Shown piece after piece: positions 11,958 to 25,138 of a DNA stretch of 64,000 bases (positions are counted from its first letter, which is position 1; the number at the start of each line of letters is the position of its first letter). Made by a program: the position numbers and the translations under genes. Source of the DNA: Octopus vulgaris (taxonomy: Eukaryota); contig OX597820.1 of assembly GCA_951406725.2 (NCBI GenBank), positions 16,678,001-16,742,000 on the forward strand. The letters are read 5' to 3'. The notes under the pieces were generated by a model, which made no database searches, was not told where the DNA came from, and saw nothing but the letters and a program-made list of their open reading frames with translations.

Positions 11958-12263
11958 CTTTTACTCTTTTACTTGTTTCATTCATTTGACTGCGGCCATG
12001 CTGGAGCACCGCCTTTAGTCGAGCAAATCGACCCCGGGACTTATTCTTTGTAAGCCCAGTACTTATTCTATCGGTCTATTTTTGCCGAACCGCTAAGTGA
12101 CGGGGACGTAAACACACCAGCATCGGTTATCAAGCAATGCTAGGGGGACAAACACAGACACACAAGGCATTGGTCGGCCCGGGGCTATAGCAGAAGACAC
12201 TTGCCCAAGATGCCACGCAGTGGGACTGAACCCGGAACCATGTGGTTGGTTAGCAAGCTACTT
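11958..12263 (-). mobile_element. SINE family A with internal deletion, 5' end truncated
   Basis: Reverse-complement match to 886-1291, lacking the central microsatellite block. Confidence 0.85.
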
Positions 12264-12276
12264 ATATATATATATA

Positions 12277-12716
12277 GGTGGGGAATTTACGAAAAAAACA
12301 AAAGACGAAGATAGGTGGTGTAGACAACAAACAGATGTATTAGTATAACACTCGGAAAGTGAAAAAGTCTTTAACATTTCGAGCCTACGCTCTTCCACAG
12401 AAAGAAACAAGGGGAGATGTGTGTATGTACGTATGTATGTATGTATGTATGTATGTATACCTATGTGTGAGTGTGTCTTTGTGGTGTCCGAGTTTGTCCT
12501 CCATCACCGCTAGACAACCGGTGTTGTTGTGTTTACGTTCCCGTAAGCGGTTCGACGTAAGAGACCGAAAGAATGGTCTCTTACGTCGAACCGCTTACGG
12601 GGACGTAAACACAACAACACCGGTTGTCTAGCGGTGATGGAGGACAAACTCGGACACCACAAAGACACACTCACACATCCATCCATCCATCCATCCATCC
12701 ATCCATCCATCCATCC

Positions 12717-12784
<68 letters not shown>

Positions 12785-12920
12785 CCCCTTGTTTCTTTCT
12801 GTGGAAGAGCGTAGGCTCGAAATGTTAAAGACTTTTTCACTTTCCGAGTGTTATACTAATACATCTGTTTGTTGTCTACACCACCTATCTTCGTCTTTTG
12901 TTTTTTTTGTGAATTCCCCA

Positions 12921-12922
<2 letters not shown>
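12277..12922. repeat. ~645 bp fold-back palindrome built from a PLE-like terminal segment plus a SINE A 3' fragment
   Basis: Arms are reverse complements around an 8-nt loop (12567-12574); bounded by (TA)n. Confidence 0.9.
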
Positions 12923-12964
<42 letters not shown>

Positions 12965-13829
12965 GGTATGTAGAAAAATACAACATGGACAAGAACGTAT
13001 AACTCTTAGAAGACGATACAATAAACACGGACAGGACATTCGAAACCCTCAGTCTTCAGTCAAGAACCGGATCATCGTAGTAATTTCGGCTGATTAATCT
13101 TGAGATTACTAGATCCGGCCAGCCCTCCAAGAAAAACTAAGCAACGAGCATTAGAAAAACTAAGCTGGGAGCGTAGATTTCCTGGAAGAAGGATCGAATG
13201 CATACGAACACCGGGACAGCAAGAAGGACGAATATAAAAGGCAAAAAACAATAATGGAATACAGAAACATGAAATACAGAAGCATTAACGGTGAAAACAA
13301 CAAGTGTCTTACGACTGATAACAAGCAAACAAATTTTCTCTGGCGCATTTTGGAAAGGAGCCTTATCGGCGATATATATATATAATTGAGGGGCCTTCAG
13401 TTTCTGCCTACCAACTCCACTCACGAGGCTTTAGTATAAGACACTTGCTTAAGGTGCCACGCAGTGAGACTGAACGCGCAACCATGTAAGAAGGAAGCAA
13501 GTTTCTTACCGCACAGCGAAGCCTATATAATAAGTCGTTATGAAGTAAAAGCCGTTTTAAATATGTTGGCTGGTCGTGTGGTTGTTTGGTTGTTTCTTTT
13601 TAGCCATTTTTGTATTGTATAGCGAGAAGGAAAGACAATAAAAAAATAAATACAGAAAGAATTAAACAGCAGGTACAGGATGAGTGCATATACCAGGCTT
13701 GGTGGCAGGCAATGAGTAAAAAAATATAAAATAATAAAAAATAATGCTACGCACATACACAGGGGGAGTGAGAGAAGAGGAAGAGAGGGAGTAAATAGAA
13801 GCAATCACGGGAGGAGTTATATTCTTATA

Positions 13830-14098
13830 TTCTTTTACTTGTTTCAGTCATTAGACTGCGACCATGCTGGGGCACCACCTTGAAGAATTTTTGTCGAATG
13901 AATCGACTCCAATACCTTTTTTTTAAAAGCCTGGTACTTATTCTATCGATCTCTCTTGCCGTACCGCTAAGTTACGGGGACGTAAACGCGCCAACACCTT
14001 TTGTTAAGTGGGGGGTGAGGGACAAACACTGACATGAAAACACATGCACATATATATAGATATATACATATATGCGAAGGACTTCTTTCAGTTTCTGT
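13830..14098 (-). mobile_element. SINE family A fragment, diverged
   Basis: Similarity to other copies. Confidence 0.7.
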
Positions 14099-14376
14099 TT
14101 CCCAAATAAGTATTGGGGACGATTCTTGAAAGCGTTGCCCCAGTTGGGCCGTAGTTCAATGACTGAAACAAGTAAAGGATAGAAATAAAAAAAGGTATAA
14201 GACACAGAACAGAAAAAAAAATCAACGCAATGATGTGCTTTATTCATTTTTCAACACGTTTCGACAGACCTGAACCTCCATAAGCTTTTATGCTTTTACA
14301 TTTCGTCTTCGGAGAACGACTCATTTCTTTAAACATACATACAATATTATTGTTGTTGTTGTTATTATTATTATTA

Positions 14377-14560
14377 AGGCGGCGAAATGCTTAGCGGTGT
14401 TTCGTCTGCCACAACGTCCTGAATTCAAATTCCGCCGAGATCGACTTTGCCTTTCACCCTTTCGGGGTCGATAAATTAAGTACCAGTGAAACGCTGGGGG
14501 CGATGTAATCGACTTACCCCCTCTTCCAAAATGGCTGCCCTTGTGGCAAAATTTGAAACC
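14377..14560 (+). mobile_element. SINE family B followed by a (TAC)n tail
   Basis: Core motif GCCTTTCACCCTTTCGGGGTCGATAAATTAAGTACCAG. Confidence 0.8.
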
Positions 14561-14585
14561 GTTACTACTACTACTACTACTACTT

Positions 14586-14660
<75 letters not shown>

Positions 14661-14869
14661 TTCTTTCGTAACGCAGTACAGGTAAAAATGCACCGGAGTC
14701 TTTAGTCATGGATTTTACCATGGATTTATATTATTTTTACAAAATTGTTTTAGCTTAAGTTTCTACCAATACACATCTATATACCAATTTCTTTTTAAAC
14801 AACACCTTTATCATACGACTTTAAATAGCATCCTTCTCATCCGATTGACTATACGGGAATTCATCCTTT

Positions 14870-14958
14870 TCTCTGACGAGTGGATGTATTACCTAATAAT
14901 GATTATCAATTCTGGATTTCATTTCGAAGCGTACAACATTCATGAAACGATCGTAAGA
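14870..14958 (+). ncRNA. Type I hammerhead ribozyme motif
   Basis: TCT-CTGACGA-GTGGATGT...ACATTCAT-GAAAC-GATC-GTA-AGA: 8-bp stem II (2 GU), palindromic stem III ACGATCGT, GUA site, only 3-bp stem I. Confidence 0.55.
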
Positions 14959-15209
14959 TATCTCAAACCTTTTAAAATAATGATACTTTATATATTTATC
15001 TATTAATACAATATTATTTATATGATGGACGTATATCTTCTGTGATTTTTTGATGTAATTTTTCCTGCTTTTACTTTCTAATATGTAATCGCTCTAATTG
15101 AATCTCCAAATACCTTCAAGGTTTTAGACATTTCTCATGCCAAGAGCACTTATCTCAAATCCAGTACACTTTATTCTCAAAGAATATATTTGATTAACTA
15201 CACACACAC

Positions 15210-15286
<77 letters not shown>

Positions 15287-15469
15287 CACACGTACACGCA
15301 TATGACGAGCTTCTTTCAGTTTCCGTCTTGTAATCCATTTGCGAGGCTTTGGTCGGCCCAAGGATATAGTAGAAGACCTTTGCTCTTGGTGCCACACAGT
15401 GGAACTGACCTCGGAACCATGTGGCTGGAAACTTCTTACTACAAAGTCACGACTGCGCTTGTGTGTGTA

Positions 15470-15500
<31 letters not shown>

Positions 15501-16084
15501 ATGTGTGTGTGTATGTATGTATGTATGTATATATGTATGTATGCATATCATGATATTGGTCAGACTATCGGGTGTTGTTACACACCGCTGGTCACAATAC
15601 GCTTCGCATTGCTTAACCTTTCGAATGATGCCACCCCGCTTGCTAGGTGGTTAGGTCAACATTTGTTCCTCCATTACATTCCTTCTCGGAAGACGTAAGC
15701 TCCAAGAAGCTGAGCTTTTCATACTTCATTCTTAACACCAGTGCTACCACCATCGAAAGGGGTAGCATTGGTGTTAAGGGCGGAGTATGAATACATAATT
15801 CCATCCCCCCCCGGAGCTTCCACCTTCCACCCCCACCCTAACCCCAAAGAAATACGGAATACCAATCCACCACAGGCTTAACATATATACAGTTAAGTGG
15901 ACTGGAGCAGCATAAAATAAAATGTTTTACACATCGCGAAGCCTGTCTGGGAATAGAAACCTCAACCTCACGATCATGAATATTTCAAAAGAAAAACTGA
16001 CTTGGTTTAAAATCTAATGATCGGAAACGAGTAAGTCTGAATATTGGCAAACTGAATTTTCAGTTACACTATTTTATATAAGTA

Positions 16085-16360
16085 ACAATTAGCCCAGTAA
16101 TTAGGGCAGCGGACTCGCGGTTTCGATTCCCAGACCGAGCGTTGTGAGTGTTTTATTGAACGAAAACACCTTAAGCTCCACGAAGCTTCGGCAGGGGGTG
16201 GTGGCAAACCCTGCTGTACTCTTTCATCACAACTTTCTCTCACTCTTTCTTCCTGTTTCTGTTGTACCTGTATTTCAAAGGGGCCAGCCTTGTCACATTC
16301 TGTGTCACGCTGAATCTCCCTGAGAACTACGTTTAGGGGTACATGTGTCTGTGGACTGCG
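16085..16360 (+). mobile_element. SINE family C variant (tRNA-derived)
   Basis: Matches the intact copy at 57287-57662. Confidence 0.8.
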
Positions 16361-16694
16361 ACATGATTTCTTTGTTTTTACAGAGTATGTCCTGTATATG
16401 ATAGTTCCCTCCTTGGTTGCTTTTAAAACTTCTTTGGGAAGGAACACCTTTACATCGCACCCCTGCCAAAGAAGCATGTTCTTATATTTGCCTATTTCTG
16501 CTAATTCAATTTCGTTGCAATGGCTCTTGGCCACTGCCGCAAAGTTACCTCGACAAATATCAGAAATTCCTCCTCGGAAGGTGGAAGCTCCGGGTGGATT
16601 GAATGATGTATTCATACTCCGCCCTTAACACCAATGCTACCCCTTTTGAAGGTGGTAGCACTGGTGTTAAGAGTGGAGTATGAAAAGCACAGTT

Positions 16695-17572
16695 TCGAAA
16701 GGCGTAGTATTTGTGTTAAGGACGGAGTATGAATGCATCATTCCATCCCCCCGGAGCTTCCGCCTTCCGAGGAGGAATTTCTGAGATTTGTGAATGTAAT
16801 TTTGCGGCAGTGGCCAAGAGCCATAGCAACGTCTTCCGAGAAGGAATTTCTGAGGTTTGTGAATGTAATGGAGGAACAAATGATGGAGAATAAAAGAAAT
16901 TCTGCGGCAGTAGCCAAGAGCCATAGCAACGAAACTGAATTATCAGAAATAAGCAAATATATGAACATGCTTTGTTGGTAGCGGTGCGATGTAAATGTGT
17001 CCCCCCCCCCCCAAAAGACGTTTTAAAAGCAACCAATCATCATATACAGGACAAACTCTGTAAAAACAAAGAAAATAGAAATCTTGTCGCTGCAAGTCGA
17101 AAAAGCTTCAAAACCAATCTGGCAAGAGATTTCTTACCTTGCCGGAGGAAGGAGGTTTGGAAAGGTGGAGGTGCAGTTCGGTGAGGTAGCTACTGCCAGG
17201 CTACACTCGGCAACGTCCTTAAAGACAGGAGAAGTGGTACTACTACCCATAGACCTTGGGAGGCGTGCTTCTAGGATTAGGGTAGAAGATATACCTACTG
17301 TGTTTGATGTAGCTTGGCTAGTAGCTGCCGTACTGTTGAGCAATGAAGAAAAGACAGTGGTCCTCCTGGCCACAAGAACGGCGTACAAGAACTGGCAAGA
17401 GCAGAGCCTAGACATGATAATCTAGGTGGCCCCAGGGGACCTCGAAAGCATAGTGGAGACCATCACCATAGAAGATGTGACACTCAGGGTAAGAGTGGAG
17501 GGCAGGACCACGCGATGCTACAAATGTGGCCTGAAAGGCCACATTAGAGCGGACTGTCCTCTGCTGCCCGTA
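16695..17572 (+). pseudogene. Decayed LINE ORF1/gag-like protein with CCHC zinc knuckle
   Basis: Fragmented ORFs 16733, 17084, 17426 end in CYKCGLKGHIRADC (CX2CX4HX4C); 5' part duplicated in inverted orientation at 16366-16645. Confidence 0.65.
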
Positions 17573-17706
17573 AAGACCATCTACTTCAATTATTGCTTCC
17601 CAATTGCTTGGCAGACTGTCAGACCATCATCTAAAGATTTTAAAGTTAAATATTGTTTTTGTTAAAATTTGTTGAAAACAAGCCGCAATAATTATGCACC
17701 AACTCA

Positions 17707-17780
<74 letters not shown>

Positions 17781-17785
<5 letters not shown>

Positions 17786-17920
17786 TTACGAAAAAAAAAC
17801 AAAAGACGAAGACACGTTGTGTACAAAACAAACAGATGTATTAGTATAACGCTCAGGAATAGATAAAAAGTCTTTTACGTTTCGAGCCTACGCTCTTCTA
17901 CAGAAAGAGACACAGAAATA
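17781..17920 (-). mobile_element. PLE-like terminal segment with hammerhead-like motif
   Basis: Minus strand TCTTT-CTGTAGAA-GAGC-GTAG-GCTC-GAAAC-GTA-AAAGA; family also at 12277-12416, 12785-12922, 25320-25440, 27255-27463. Confidence 0.65.
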
Positions 17921-18737
17921 AAATATATATATATGGGTATGTGTGTGACCATTACCGCTTGACAACCGGTGTTGTCAAGCGCTAACTTAGCGGTTCGACA
18001 AAGATACTGTGGTTGAATATTTCAACTAAAATTCTTGAAGTCGTTGCCTTAGCTTGGCTACAGTTTAATGACCGAAACAAGTAACAAATAAAACACACAC
18101 ACACAGACCCACACACACACGTACACACATGCACGCACAAGAATTCCTACGCATTTTCGGTTATCCGTTGTAGAGCTGAACGTCTTCCGCATGCTGCTTT
18201 GAAATTGAGAATTAAAATTAAATAGATTAATCAATGACTTATTTACGAAACCAAATTTATGAATAGAAAGATTTATCAGAGAAGTTAGCAGAATTCTTCG
18301 TATTCAGTCCATTAGCGATTCAATACGGATCTAAGTGACTAACCTAACACGAGTTTATATCTTGTTCGTTATTTCGCCTTTAGGTTTTAATTTTCAACTC
18401 TTTTACATAACTTGAATATGGATGTACAGCCATACACGCATATTTAAATATATGTGTGTGGGTTGGTATGTTTCTTATAGTATTATGTCATAAATTTCAT
18501 GCGTAATTACTTTCGGTTGTACACGCATGTTCTTGCACGTTCGCCCATCCGTACGCACACACAAGCTCGGTTTACAAACACCTCCGTACTCGAATTCATA
18601 GACTCGTATATACGTACATTCATAAATGTTCGTATACATATATGTTGATATAAAACTCATGTACGTACATTCCTTTCTTTTACACACTTATATATGTATA
18701 GACACATTCACCCTCTAGCGCACACACGCACACGCAT

Positions 18738-18770
<33 letters not shown>

Positions 18771-18880
18771 CACACAAACACGCACAATCCGCGCACGGTA
18801 TGATAATAAATATACTCAATTTCCTATACACATATATACATACATTCATACATATTTACACACACACACACACACACATA

Positions 18881-19172
18881 GGCGCAGGCGTGGCTGTGTG
18901 GTTAGAAGCTCGCTTCCCAATCATATGGTTCTGCGTTCAGTCCCACTACACGGCACTTTGGGCAAGTGCCTTTTACTATAGCCTCCAGGGCCGACCAAAG
19001 CCTTGTGAGTGGATTTGGTAGATGGAAACTGAAAGAAGTCTGTCGTATATATCTCTCTCTATATATATACACACACACACACATATATATGTATATCTAT
19101 GAATGTGTGTCTGTGTTCCAGGTTCAGTCCCACTGCGTGGTACCTTGGGCAAGTGTTTCCTACTATAGCCTC
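18881..19172 (+). mobile_element. SINE family A 5' half plus partial duplication
   Basis: GGCGCAGGCGTGGCTGTGTGG head; TTCAGTCCCACT..TTGGGCAAG repeated at 19122. Confidence 0.8.
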
Positions 19173-19454
19173 AGGTACATGTTTTGGTCATTGGAACGTG
19201 TCCATGCTGGGGCAACACTCTGAGGGATTTTATTCGTAAGGATCACCCTTAGTACTTATTATCAAGGTTGGTGTTTTTTCTATCGATGTCTTACACTGAA
19301 CCGTTAAGTGAAAGGGGGCGTAAACAAACCAACACCGATTCTCAAGTGATGGAGGTGTACAAATATCAACACAGACACACACAAATATACACAGATACAC
19401 ACACACACATCATATATAGTATATCTATATGTAGATATATGTATACATACATGT

Positions 19455-19553
<99 letters not shown>

Positions 19554-19634
19554 CAACAATTGAGGGTAAAATTAATTAATCAATATATATATATATAGGC
19601 AATTAAAATATTACATTATATAATTAGGCTTAGT

Positions 19635-19693
<59 letters not shown>

Positions 19694-19772
19694 GGCTAAA
19701 AAACTTTTTTGGCTATATACTAAGTTCATGTATGTGGCAAAGTAATTTATTTTACTATATAATTATATAATG

Positions 19773-19838
<66 letters not shown>

Positions 19839-19874
19839 GAAAGAATGGAGTCGAACGAAGATGTTAACAAAATT

Positions 19875-19967
19875 CCTTTACTCTCGACATATGTTTCGAA
19901 GACAACATGTTTTCATTCCAAAGGAATAAAGGGTGCATTATGCAATCTTCTCATCAGGAAAGAAAGG
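19875..19967 (-). ncRNA. Type I hammerhead ribozyme, canonical core
   Basis: Minus strand CCTTTCTTTC-CTGATGA-GAAGA...TCTTC-GAAAC-ATAT-GTC-GAGAG(T)AAAGG: 10-bp stem I with a 1-nt bulge, 5-bp stem II, palindromic stem III, GUC site. Confidence 0.8.
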
Positions 19968-20779
19968 GAGCCTCTCTCGACAACAAGACAAACAAAAATT
20001 TCGATGACTGCCTACATGGTAAACAAAACGATAATGAGTGTTTTTTTTAAAAAGCCGTTAGAAGAATTGACGTCAAAGATAGATAGTAGGAAGAGAATGG
20101 TTAAAGGAATAATAGGTAGGGAACAAGTGGAAAGGGAAGGGTACGTTGATTGAAAGAATGTTCGAAGGCTTAGGAAAGAATTTCGCTATTGAAGTGGGGT
20201 GGACGTAAATGCATTCAGGGATAGTAAAAAACGACATAGTACAGGGCTAAGTAAATTAGTTTGGCGTCTTAAAGACAATAATATAATTTTCAAGTTAGAT
20301 TGGTTCATATTGTCTGTATCCTTTCCTTTTGATAAGGGCAGGAGATTTTGTAACATTTGCAACTCTGAACTCTTCCATATTCTCTTCTCTAAGGTTCCCC
20401 TTGTAAACACACTCATAGAAAAATCATACAAATGTAAACACTGGCAGAAACATACTTTCTACTCATATAAATGATAACGATAGTCACTGTGGTTTGAACA
20501 ATTAGCTTTACGTCCACCCCACTTCAATAGCGAAATTCTTTCCTAAGCCTTCGAACATTCTTCCAATCAACGTACCCTTCCCTCTCCACTTGTTCCCTAC
20601 CTATTATTCCTTTAACCCTTCTCTTCCTACTATCTATCTTTGACGTCAATTCTTCTAACGTTTTTTTTAAAAAAACACTCATTATCGTTTTGTTTACCAT
20701 GTAGGCAGTCATTGAAATTTTTGTTTGTCTTGTTGTCGAGAGAGGCTCCCTTTCTTTCCTGATGAGAAGATTGCATAAT
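19937..20779. mobile_element. 5'-truncated Penelope-like element with inverted terminal repeat (arms 19937-20209 / 20507-20779)
   Basis: ~273-bp near-identical inverted arms enclosing a PLE endonuclease fragment. Confidence 0.8.
20210..20474 (+). pseudogene. C-terminus of a Penelope GIY-YIG endonuclease
   Basis: STGLSKLVWRLK...DWFIL...CNICNSE...LVN...KCKH..K matches the PLE endonuclease C-terminal pattern (ST.LSKYIW.LK..W.IL..CNLC..E..LLN..CRH). Confidence 0.75.
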
Positions 20780-20962
20780 CTTGCATTCATCGAAAACCTA
20801 CCCCACTATTTTCTTTTCTCCAAAAAAAGATAAGCTCTACTTTGTAATCTTTCCCCATCTGTGTGCAGCCCTGTGTGGCTAATAAAGAAACTTATCTATC
20901 AATCTATATATCAATCTATCTATCGGTTTGTCTGCCTGCCTGCCTACCTGCCTTACTGTCTG

Positions 20963-21045
<83 letters not shown>

Positions 21046-21651
21046 GTCTATCTGTCTATCTATCTATCTCTTTGTCCAACCATCTGTCTGTCTATCTATC
21101 TGTCTGTCCGTCCGCCTGTCTGTTCGTCTGTCTGTCTGTCTATCTATGAGCGTGTATTTACCTTTTCAGCCACTGTGTCTTTCTCCGATGCGACATCTAC
21201 TTGTAAGTGCATTTCCTCGCATTAATCTAAACATTGTGTATGTAGTGTATAAACGTACGTACTACCCATCCACTTTACATAAATATACTTCATCAATGAA
21301 AATATTCGATTATAGCCATGGAAAGGAGAATATCACTGTATGCGCATATGTGTATGTGTGTGTATGTATTTATATGTATGTGTGTGTGTGTGTGCGTGTG
21401 TGAGTGTTTGTGTGTGTATGTGGGCATAAATGGAGAGTGGTAAACCATGTTTAAGTATAAATAACATAAGCATGGCGTATTTATTATTTCGTTGGCAATA
21501 ATTTACAGAAAATCTTTGCTAATTACAGAAAACCCTTCAAGGATGCCACTTCGATGTTGATGTTGTCGTTGCTCTCTTTGATGCTACTTGGAGTGTTGAC
21601 ATGTTTTTAAAACTTCAACTTGTTGCACACACATGCGCGCACACACACTAT

Positions 21652-21736
<85 letters not shown>

Positions 21737-21925
21737 ATACATATACATACATACTATATGTACACTATGAATATATTTGTAAATGTGTGTTCGTACATGT
21801 ACATATATATGTGTGTGTGTATATATATATATATAAACATATATTTCATTATATATTTTATTATATATATGCATGTATGTATGTATGTATGTATGTATCT
21901 ATCTATTTTTCTATCTATCTACCTT

Positions 21926-21956
<31 letters not shown>

Positions 21957-22072
21957 ATACATATGTACATATATATACGTATAAATACCTATCTATCTAT
22001 TAATATATATATACATATACATACATAGACATACGTACATACATATATACATATAAATATATACATGTATAT

Positions 22073-22112
<40 letters not shown>

Positions 22113-22146
22113 CCATACGTACATATATGTATACATATGTATATAC

Positions 22147-22258
<112 letters not shown>

Positions 22259-22427
22259 TAAACAGTAAAAATAATTACAGACATGGACAAGAACATGAAA
22301 CACCACAGAGACGACACAAGAACCGACACATACATATATATATACATATATATATATTATATGTATATACATATATATATGCATATATATATATATTATA
22401 TGTATATACATATACATACATATGCAT

Positions 22428-22458
<31 letters not shown>

Positions 22459-23050
22459 CACACACATATATATATAGTTAAACTTATAATTACATTCGGG
22501 TGTAAGCAAACGTTGTAAGATGTTGTGTTGTGTCCTTAGTTATTGGTTACCTGAAGTGGATTGAATAAAGAACCTCGTGAATTTCATTTTCTGCATCCGA
22601 TGTCTGTCTGTCTGTCTGTCTCTCTTTGTTTGTTTATTTGTTTGTTTGTTTCTTTCCTTCTTTCTCTCTTTCTTTCTCTCTCTCTCTCTCTCTTTCGCTG
22701 TATATATACAGTACGTGTGTGTGTGTGTGTGTAGATAACAATACGTTTAATATGAAGCAGCTTAATGAGAACGATTTTAAGGTTTCAAATCTCTATACTG
22801 CGCTTATTGTTTAGTGAAAGGACATAGGACATGGCAGTCTGATAGAAAAACAAGGAAGAGGAACTAACATTCCTTTTATCATGGAAGTGCTTACAACAGA
22901 GGGTTCTCGTTGCAGTTCTTCATATTTCACAGATTCTAGCAATCTTGACACCTAATATGGAATTGATCACTGACGTAACGTTTGATTGTTCGGTGCCTTC
23001 CTGTCGCCTGCTCATTGTCTCAGCCAAACTTAAAGTACTTATATGAAAGT

Positions 23051-23345
23051 TGACTGATCGCTATACCAGCAGCCGTGACTGAGTCGCCTCCTGCTGACGT
23101 CATCAATATGTTTTGTTGTTAATTGTATAACCTGAAAGTTCTTATATGACACTTGACAGATCGCTAGATCAACAACTTTGATTGGTTCATCCCCTGCCGA
23201 CGTCATTAAATGCTTTTTTATGTTAATTTTGTAGACTGAAACTTCTTACATGAGGGTTGAATGATCGCCATATCAACAACTTTGGCTGACTCATCTTTTG
23301 ATGACGTCATCTAATATTTCTTTTGTTGTGAATTTTATACGCTCA
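23051..23345. repeat. Diverged ~103-bp tandem repeat (3 copies), each with a CRE-like palindrome
   Basis: TGACGTCA 23095, CGACGTCA 23198, TGACGTCA 23302; shared GATCGC..CA.CA.C and CTGAAA.TTCTTA blocks. Confidence 0.75.
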
Positions 23346-24113
23346 GATTTTTTTCGTTTGAAAAGCTCAGTTGTTTATTGAAAATTTCCCAACAGGAAGA
23401 AACCTGTCATCATATCAAATTTTTGTCAGGGACCTGTCACACATTGCAATGTAAGTGTGTAATTGTCACTTGTTCGATGGTGTGGGGATGATAACGTCCA
23501 TTCATAAGGTCCCTAGTTTGTGGATAAGGGAATGACCTAAAGATATATAAGTTAGCTGCGAATACTCGGAATAGAATCACGGGGTGCCCTTTGAAAAGGC
23601 AGAGTAACCATCAGTCAACCTGCCAGGGTTACAGTGATATTGGGAGGCTTTGAAAAAAAAACGGAAATTCCAGTATCATTGGAATGTAGGGTGGTTGTTG
23701 GAAATGGAATGAAAGACATAAATGTACATTGTCTTTGGATTTCTTCCTATTTCGCAGAACAAATTACACTTTCATGAAACTTGGTCTGGGAAACCCATCA
23801 GTTAGGGTGCTACAGCAATCGTTTGTAGGACTTGCGACCATAGATGAAAAATTAGCAATCAAGAAAACAGATGATGATGATGACTAGTCTTCTTTTGATG
23901 TATGGTGCGTCTGCCGTTTCTGTATTTTTCGTAGAAAAGAATTTAAGTCGACACACACACACACACTTTGTTTGTGTGTGTGTGTGTGTATGAATTATTC
24001 TATAGTTGATTATGAAAAATCGTAACTTGATAACAACAGCATTTCCAAGCACAGTATTGAGTTCATAAATAGATATAACTTATCTCTACGAAATCTAACA
24101 CACACACACCACA

Positions 24114-24243
<130 letters not shown>

Positions 24244-24624
24244 AGAATATCTGCTAAATAAATACTTTTACTTACACCTCAAACATCCCAAAGCAACGAA
24301 GTCAAATTTCGAAGACTCTCATTGATGAATTACAGAATTCCGTAATAGACAAAGATCAATAGTGCGATCGTTTCATTGGGTCATATATACTCGTTAGGTG
24401 TGATTGATGCTAGCTATTGTCACATTTTAGAGCTCTTTTATCAATATAATGGCACCAATGTACTCTTATCGACCTATTAAACCCTCTTCTAATATTAAAC
24501 TTAAATCGGAAACATTGCAATTTGATGTGAATTTACCGAACAAGTTATGAGTTTCTCGTCATAACATACCTGACGTGAACATATAAAACAGTCGGCAGAT
24601 GGAAGTTTAGAAATTATCTTTGAT

Positions 24625-25095
24625 ATTTTACTTGTTTCAGTCACTGGATTGCGGCCATGCTGTGGCACCACTTTGAAGGGTTTAGTTGATCAGATTGACT
24701 CTAGTACAATTTGTTTTTAAAAGCCTGATACTTATTCTGTCGGTCGCTTTTGCCGAATCATAAATTACTGGGACATAAACAAACCAATACCGGTAGTCGA
24801 AGCAGTGGTGGGGAACAAATATAAAGACGAAGACACGCGTACTTATAGATTTTATTCCATTTTATTCCTTTTCCCCCCCTTTTACTTGTTTCAGTCATTT
24901 GACTGCGGCCATGCTGGGGCACCGCCTTTAATCGAACAAATCGACTCCAGGACTTATTCTTTGTGAGCCTAGTACTTATTCTAGCGTTCTCTTTTGCCGA
25001 AGCGCTACTTTACGTGGACGTAAACACACGAACATCGGTTGTCAAGCGATGGTGGTACACACACACACACATACGACAAGCTTATTTAAGTTTCC

Positions 25096-25097
<2 letters not shown>
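24625..25097 (-). mobile_element. Two tandem SINE A 3' fragments
   Basis: TTTACTTGTTTCAGTCA...GCGGCCATGCTG twice (24627, 24881). Confidence 0.75.

Positions 25098-25138
<41 letters not shown>

Noticed and set aside
23051-23345. CRISPR-like repeat-spacer array
   Set aside because: Eukaryotic context, whole units are homologous (no unique spacers), no cas genes
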